From: Chiloscyllium plagiosum
Lineage: Eukaryota
Direction of reading: 5' to 3'
Assembly (NCBI RefSeq): GCF_004010195.1
Contig: NC_057751.1
Coordinates: forward strand, 3,551,907-3,592,834
Length of the DNA: 40,928 nucleotides
Part shown: positions 36,401 to 40,928 of the stretch, in pieces
Numbering within the stretch: position 1 is the stretch's first letter
Layout: every line of letters begins with the position of its first letter
Translations under genes and position numbers: made by a program
Notes under the pieces: model-generated
The model's input: only the letters and a program-made list of their open reading frames with translations
Database searches by the model: none
Told to the model about the DNA's origin: nothing

Positions 36401-36911
36401 CTTATTGTCCACTGGTGGTGTCAATATGGCACAGATTGGTGAAGACATTCTGGTAGCATAGGAATGGGAGTCCTGTTCATGTTCTGTTCGTTCCATTATT
36501 CATCTCAAGACAGTTCTAATATTCCTTGAGAATAAGGCTGCTCTATATATTAAATTCACTTCTTTGCCATTGTTCCAGATTCCTCACTAAAATGTTGATT
36601 GGTCAACCAACCAGAGATTTCCACCCACAGTATCTGTGCAGAAGTGCTTCCTAATTATTTTACATATCAAATGGATTGATGCATGTACATCCATAGTTTG
36701 TGCAATATGAGACAATGGCAATTAAGATCAATGACTTCAATGATTTTTGTCCATTCTGAACTCTGGGGCTAAGAGGTAATCACTGCGTTCCAACTGTCAA
36801 TGCAGCCAACTCAGAACAAATAGGGCATCAAACCTTGGACTGTCTGAGGACCAGTGTGTCTCCAATGAGCTGAGTATGTGATGATATCAGTTTTATCACA
36901 TTACATTCTTC

Positions 36912-37570
36912 AGAAAACATAGGAACATAGCAAGCCATTTGGCACTTCAGGCTTTGCCATTCAATAAGATTATGGGTGATCTGGTTGTGGTCTCAGCTTC
37001 ACTTTCCTGTCTATCACCAATAACTTTGGACTCTCTACATTACCAAAGATCTGTTTGACTTGGCCTTGAATACATTTAAAGACTTGGCCACAATATCTTC
37101 TGGGAAAGACAATTCAACGTTTTAATGACTTTTTTAAAAATGAAAATTCTTTATCTTTTTCTTAAAACAGTGACTTTGGCTTAAACGGAAGACCTTTTAT
37201 TCTTAAACTATGTCCCCTAGTTTTAGTCTCCAACAAGAGAAAATATCCTTTGATATCCATTCTTTCCAGTCCCCTCAAGTTCCTGTATCATTCAGTAAGA
37301 TCATCATTCATTCTTCTAAACACCTGTGGCCATTCCCTTTCTGAATAACAGAAGTGCATCATCTCAGGAATGAGTTTAGAGAGCGTTCTCTGAACTGCTT
37401 CTAAACCAAAAATATGTTTTGCAAACAAAGAGACTAAAACTGGCTGCAACACTCCAGCTCAGATCCCACTAATGTCTTGGACAGCTGCAGTTAAATTTCT
37501 CTACTTTCCTAATCCATTTCCCTTGTCATAAATGGCAATATTCCATTCTCCTTTAAACAGGTCACCTTTC
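36912..37570 (-). mobile_element. Old CR1-type LINE 3' part
   Basis: cataggaacatag tail; actatgtcccctagttttagtctc (KTRGHSL on minus). Confidence 0.7.
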
Positions 37571-37676
37571 AAAGATCACACGTGTTGACTCCACTGCACA
37601 TCCTCTTTGACCTTCACAATGTAAGTAATATCACTGAATGAAAAGAAAAATCTAGAAAGATGGGAAAAAAACAGAA

Positions 37677-38289
37677 ATAGAGTCATAGAGATGTACAGCA
37701 TGGAAACAGATCCTTCGGTCCAACTCGTCCATGCCAACTAGATATCCCAACCCAATCTAGCCCCATCTGCCAGCACATGGCTCATATCCCTCCAAACCCT
37801 TCCTATTCATATACCCATCCAAATGCCTCTTAAATGTTGCAATTGTACCAGCCTCCACCACATCCTCTTGTGTGAAATGGTTGCCTCTTAGATCTCTTTT
37901 ATATCTTTCCCCTCTCACCCTAAACCTATGCCCTCTTGTTCTGGTCTCCCTGACTCCAGGGGAAAGACTTTGTCTATTTATCCTATCCATGCCCCTCATA
38001 ATTTGTAAACCTCTATAAGGTCACCCCTCAGCCTCCGACGCTCCAGGGAAAACAGCCCTAGCCTATTAAACCTCTCCCTATAGCTCAAATCCTCCAATCC
38101 TGGCAACATCCTTGTAAATAAATCTTTTCTGAACCCTTTCAAGTTCCACAACATCTTTCCGATAGGGAGGAGACCAGAAGTGCATGCAATATTCCAACAG
38201 TGGCCTAACCAATGTCCTGTACAGCCGCAACATGTCCTCCCAACTCCTGTACTCAATACTCTGACCAATAAAGGAAAGCATACCAAATG
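37677..38289 (-). mobile_element. HER1-like CR1 LINE, 5'-truncated
   Basis: Close reverse-complement match to 17102-17741. Confidence 0.93.
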
Positions 38290-38769
38290 ACAGACAATGT
38301 CTTAAAAAACTTCTTGAGTTAAAGCCATTTCACAAATGGTTCAGGTGACATGTTTCTGGCATTAATGCCAAGGATCAAACAGAATGAATGGTGAAATTAT
38401 AACTGGTCTGTAATTAGCAAACATATTACAATTCCGATGGCCCATTTATTCAGGGTATTTATTTCAACAGTTTTCTTTCTTTATGTATTGGTTCTACTGT
38501 CAGTTTTTGTTTTGGTCAGCTGATTGTTTATTATGCAGAAAAACTTTTGAACATGTTTTAGAGTTTTCCAAATTCTGTTAATGACACTGCAGATGTCCTT
38601 ATTAGTGCAAAATCAAATTTGATTTGATTTGATTAGTTCCATAGAAGATTCATAACAGACTTGAAACATGAACTTTTTCTCTCTTTACAGATGGTACCAG
38701 ACTAGCTGAGTTTCTCCAGCACTTCCTCTTTTTAGCTCAGATTTTCCAATCTAACTACATAACTGAAGT

Positions 38770-39410
38770 TCTTCATTCTTAGAATTATTCTTGAGAGTCT
38801 TTTCTGCATCCTTTCTCACGCCTTCACATCCTTGTTTAATTTGATTTAATACTCAAGTTAATGGTGAACCAGTGTCTTACACAGGTTCATAATAACCTTT
38901 TTGCTTTGTGACTCTGCACCCCTATTTATGAAGACCAGCATCTTCTATGCTTTTTCAACTGTTCAATCTCCAATGCCACTTTTCATGATATGAGCCAACA
39001 TATCCCCAGTTGCTCTGACCCTCTACTCCCTTTATAATTGTGTCCCTTACCTTGTATTGTCTGTCCCATTCTCCCCACCAAAATAAATCACTTCAAATTT
39101 CTTCCATAATCTATATCATTGGCCACTTGTTTGCCCATATAACGAGCATATCTTTGTCTTCCTGTGGTTTAATACAATCTTGCAACAGTTCACAAAACCT
39201 CCACAAATTTTGAAATGGAGGCTTGCACACTGAAGTCTATGCTATCAAAATATATCAAGAAGAGCAGGAGGTCCTAACATTAAAACCTGGAGAAATCTCA
39301 GTGTAAACATCTTTCCAGTCTGAAAGATACCTGCTAACCACTGCACTGGCTGTTGTTATTCAGCCACTTTCATACCCATGTTGCTCCTGACCTTTTTATT
39401 CCTTGAGCTG
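38770..39410 (-). mobile_element. Very old CR1-type RT fragment
   Basis: Degenerate similarity to the reverse complement of the CR1 RT region (gcttttt-caac, aatcacttca, gccacttgtttgccca). Confidence 0.5.
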
Positions 39411-40189
39411 AAAAAGAAATGCTTAGGCATCAGGAAGAATGCATGCTCTCTTTCTACCTCTTCCCTCTGGCTGGTAGACGTGTACAGCACCGTCCGTAAT
39501 TTTACATCCAGTCAGATCACTGGGTCAGGAGAAGCAGAGTAGCATCACTGCAATGCCGCTTTCAAATTTGTGATCTGGTCATTGACAGGTACAAGCTCCC
39601 CACAGTCCATTCTTGGTAATCACAGTCACAAAGTGGAGGGTTTTCCATTTTGATTTGTTCATCAATTATCCACATTTGCCATGTTTTGTATGGATCGAGT
39701 TTAAGATTGCCTATAACTTTGCTGAAAATGGAAGCCAATGATTTTTTATGTCAGATATTTCACAGATTGCATGTTTGAGACTTCTTCTGAACTCCATTAG
39801 GCATACAAAGCTTCATCAGTTGAAAGTTGTATTCTGAAGGTGAGGCAATAGGTCTGGAAGGGTGTGAGATTATTATTATCATAGTCATGTCATTGGACAA
39901 GTAATCCAGAGGCCAAGTCTCAGGGGACATCAGTTCAAATTCCATCATGGAACTGGTAGAACCTAAAATTCAAATAAATAATTAAATGTGGAATTGAAAA
40001 CGAATTTCAATGAGGTTAGGGTCCATACACAGTTCTTGGCCATGGAGGAGACAAAGGGCATCACTGATGATGTCCAAAACACTAATACTAATGCTTCCAA
40101 GTTTGTGATTGCCAAGTTCTTGACCAGGTTGATTTGCTTTTATCTTGGGAATTGTGGTCATGGAGGTTAGGATGTGATGGAGCTGCACG

Positions 40190-40640
40190 ACAATATAGGT
40201 TCGAGTGAAGTCAAGCCATTCAGTAATGCCACATTAATTTTCACAGGACACTGAATGTCATGAGCTACTGGTCAGATTTTCTCTTAGTGGAAATTATCAT
40301 TGCCTCGCATTTGTGGCAATCTTCAGCCTATCTTTTGTACTGATGACCTCAGCATCCCTGAAGATGATGATGTCTGTGGAGCCTCCTCCTCCAGCACATT
40401 TAATTGTCCATCACAATTCAACTCTGGAAGTGAGAGGACTGCAGAGCTTAGATCTTATCCATTGGTTATGAGATCGCTTAGCTCTCTCTGTCACTTACTG
40501 CTTGTGCTGCTTAGCATGCCAGAAATCCCGATTTGTAACTTCACCAAGTTGAAACCTCATTTTTGAGAGTATCTGATGCTGCTCCTGGCATGCCCTTCTG
40601 TATTCTTCAAGGCACCAAGCTTAATGGTAATGGTTGAGGG
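40190..40640 (-). mobile_element. Decayed L2/CR1-clade LINE fragment
   Basis: gagcctcctcctccagcacatttaattgtccatcacaattc...ggactgcagagcttagatct, recognised as the same family as 23950-25120. Confidence 0.45.
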
Positions 40641-40649
40641 GAAGACATT

Positions 40650-40928
40650 TTCTGGATTAGTGGTGCTGGAAGAGCACAGCAGTTCAGGCAGCATCCAAGG
40701 AGCTTCGAAATCGACGTTTCGGGAAAAAGCCATTCATCAGGAATAAAGGTAGTGAGCCTGAAGCGTGGAGAGATAAGCTAGAGGAGGGTGAGGGTGGGGA
40801 GAAAGTAGCTACAGTGGGGAAAAGGATGAAGGTGATAGGTCAGGGAGGAGAGGGTGGAGTGGATAGGTGGAAAAGGAGATAGGCAGGTAGGACAAGTCCG
40901 GACAAGTCATGGGGACAGTGCTGAGCTG
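40650..40928 (-). mobile_element. PLE 3' end with hammerhead motif (runs off window end)
   Basis: Near-identical to 8631-8721; minus UUC-CUGAUGA-A-UGGC-UUUU-UCCC-GAAAC-GUC-GA at 40708-40745; purine-rich tract follows on plus. Confidence 0.85.

Overview
Repeat-rich vertebrate genomic DNA, almost certainly from a shark. HE1-type SINEs, HER1/CR1-type LINEs and the style of the Penelope termini point to a carpet/bamboo-shark-like genome; that assignment is inferred from repeat recognition only. I recognise no intact host protein-coding gene, and most listed ORFs are transposon fragments or chance. The window holds a near-complete but decayed L1 on the minus strand (11323-15843, with TSD), several CR1/HER1 copies, three HE1 SINEs, a DeuSINE-like relic, a solo LTR, two Tigger/pogo-like MITEs, a heavily decayed two-gene PIF/Harbinger transposon and many Penelope-like element (PLE) pieces. 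The most interesting signals are: (1) minimal hammerhead-ribozyme motifs in the PLE termini, several of them in 120-170 bp TSD-flanked units that end right at the ribozyme's 5' edge; (2) two locally templated insertions of 78 bp and about 130 bp copied from 1-2 kb away; (3) a non-repeat 113-nt hairpin with G:U pairs bounded by splice sites; (4) a candidate 15-nt microexon. Family assignments rest on motif recognition by eye, not on database searches.
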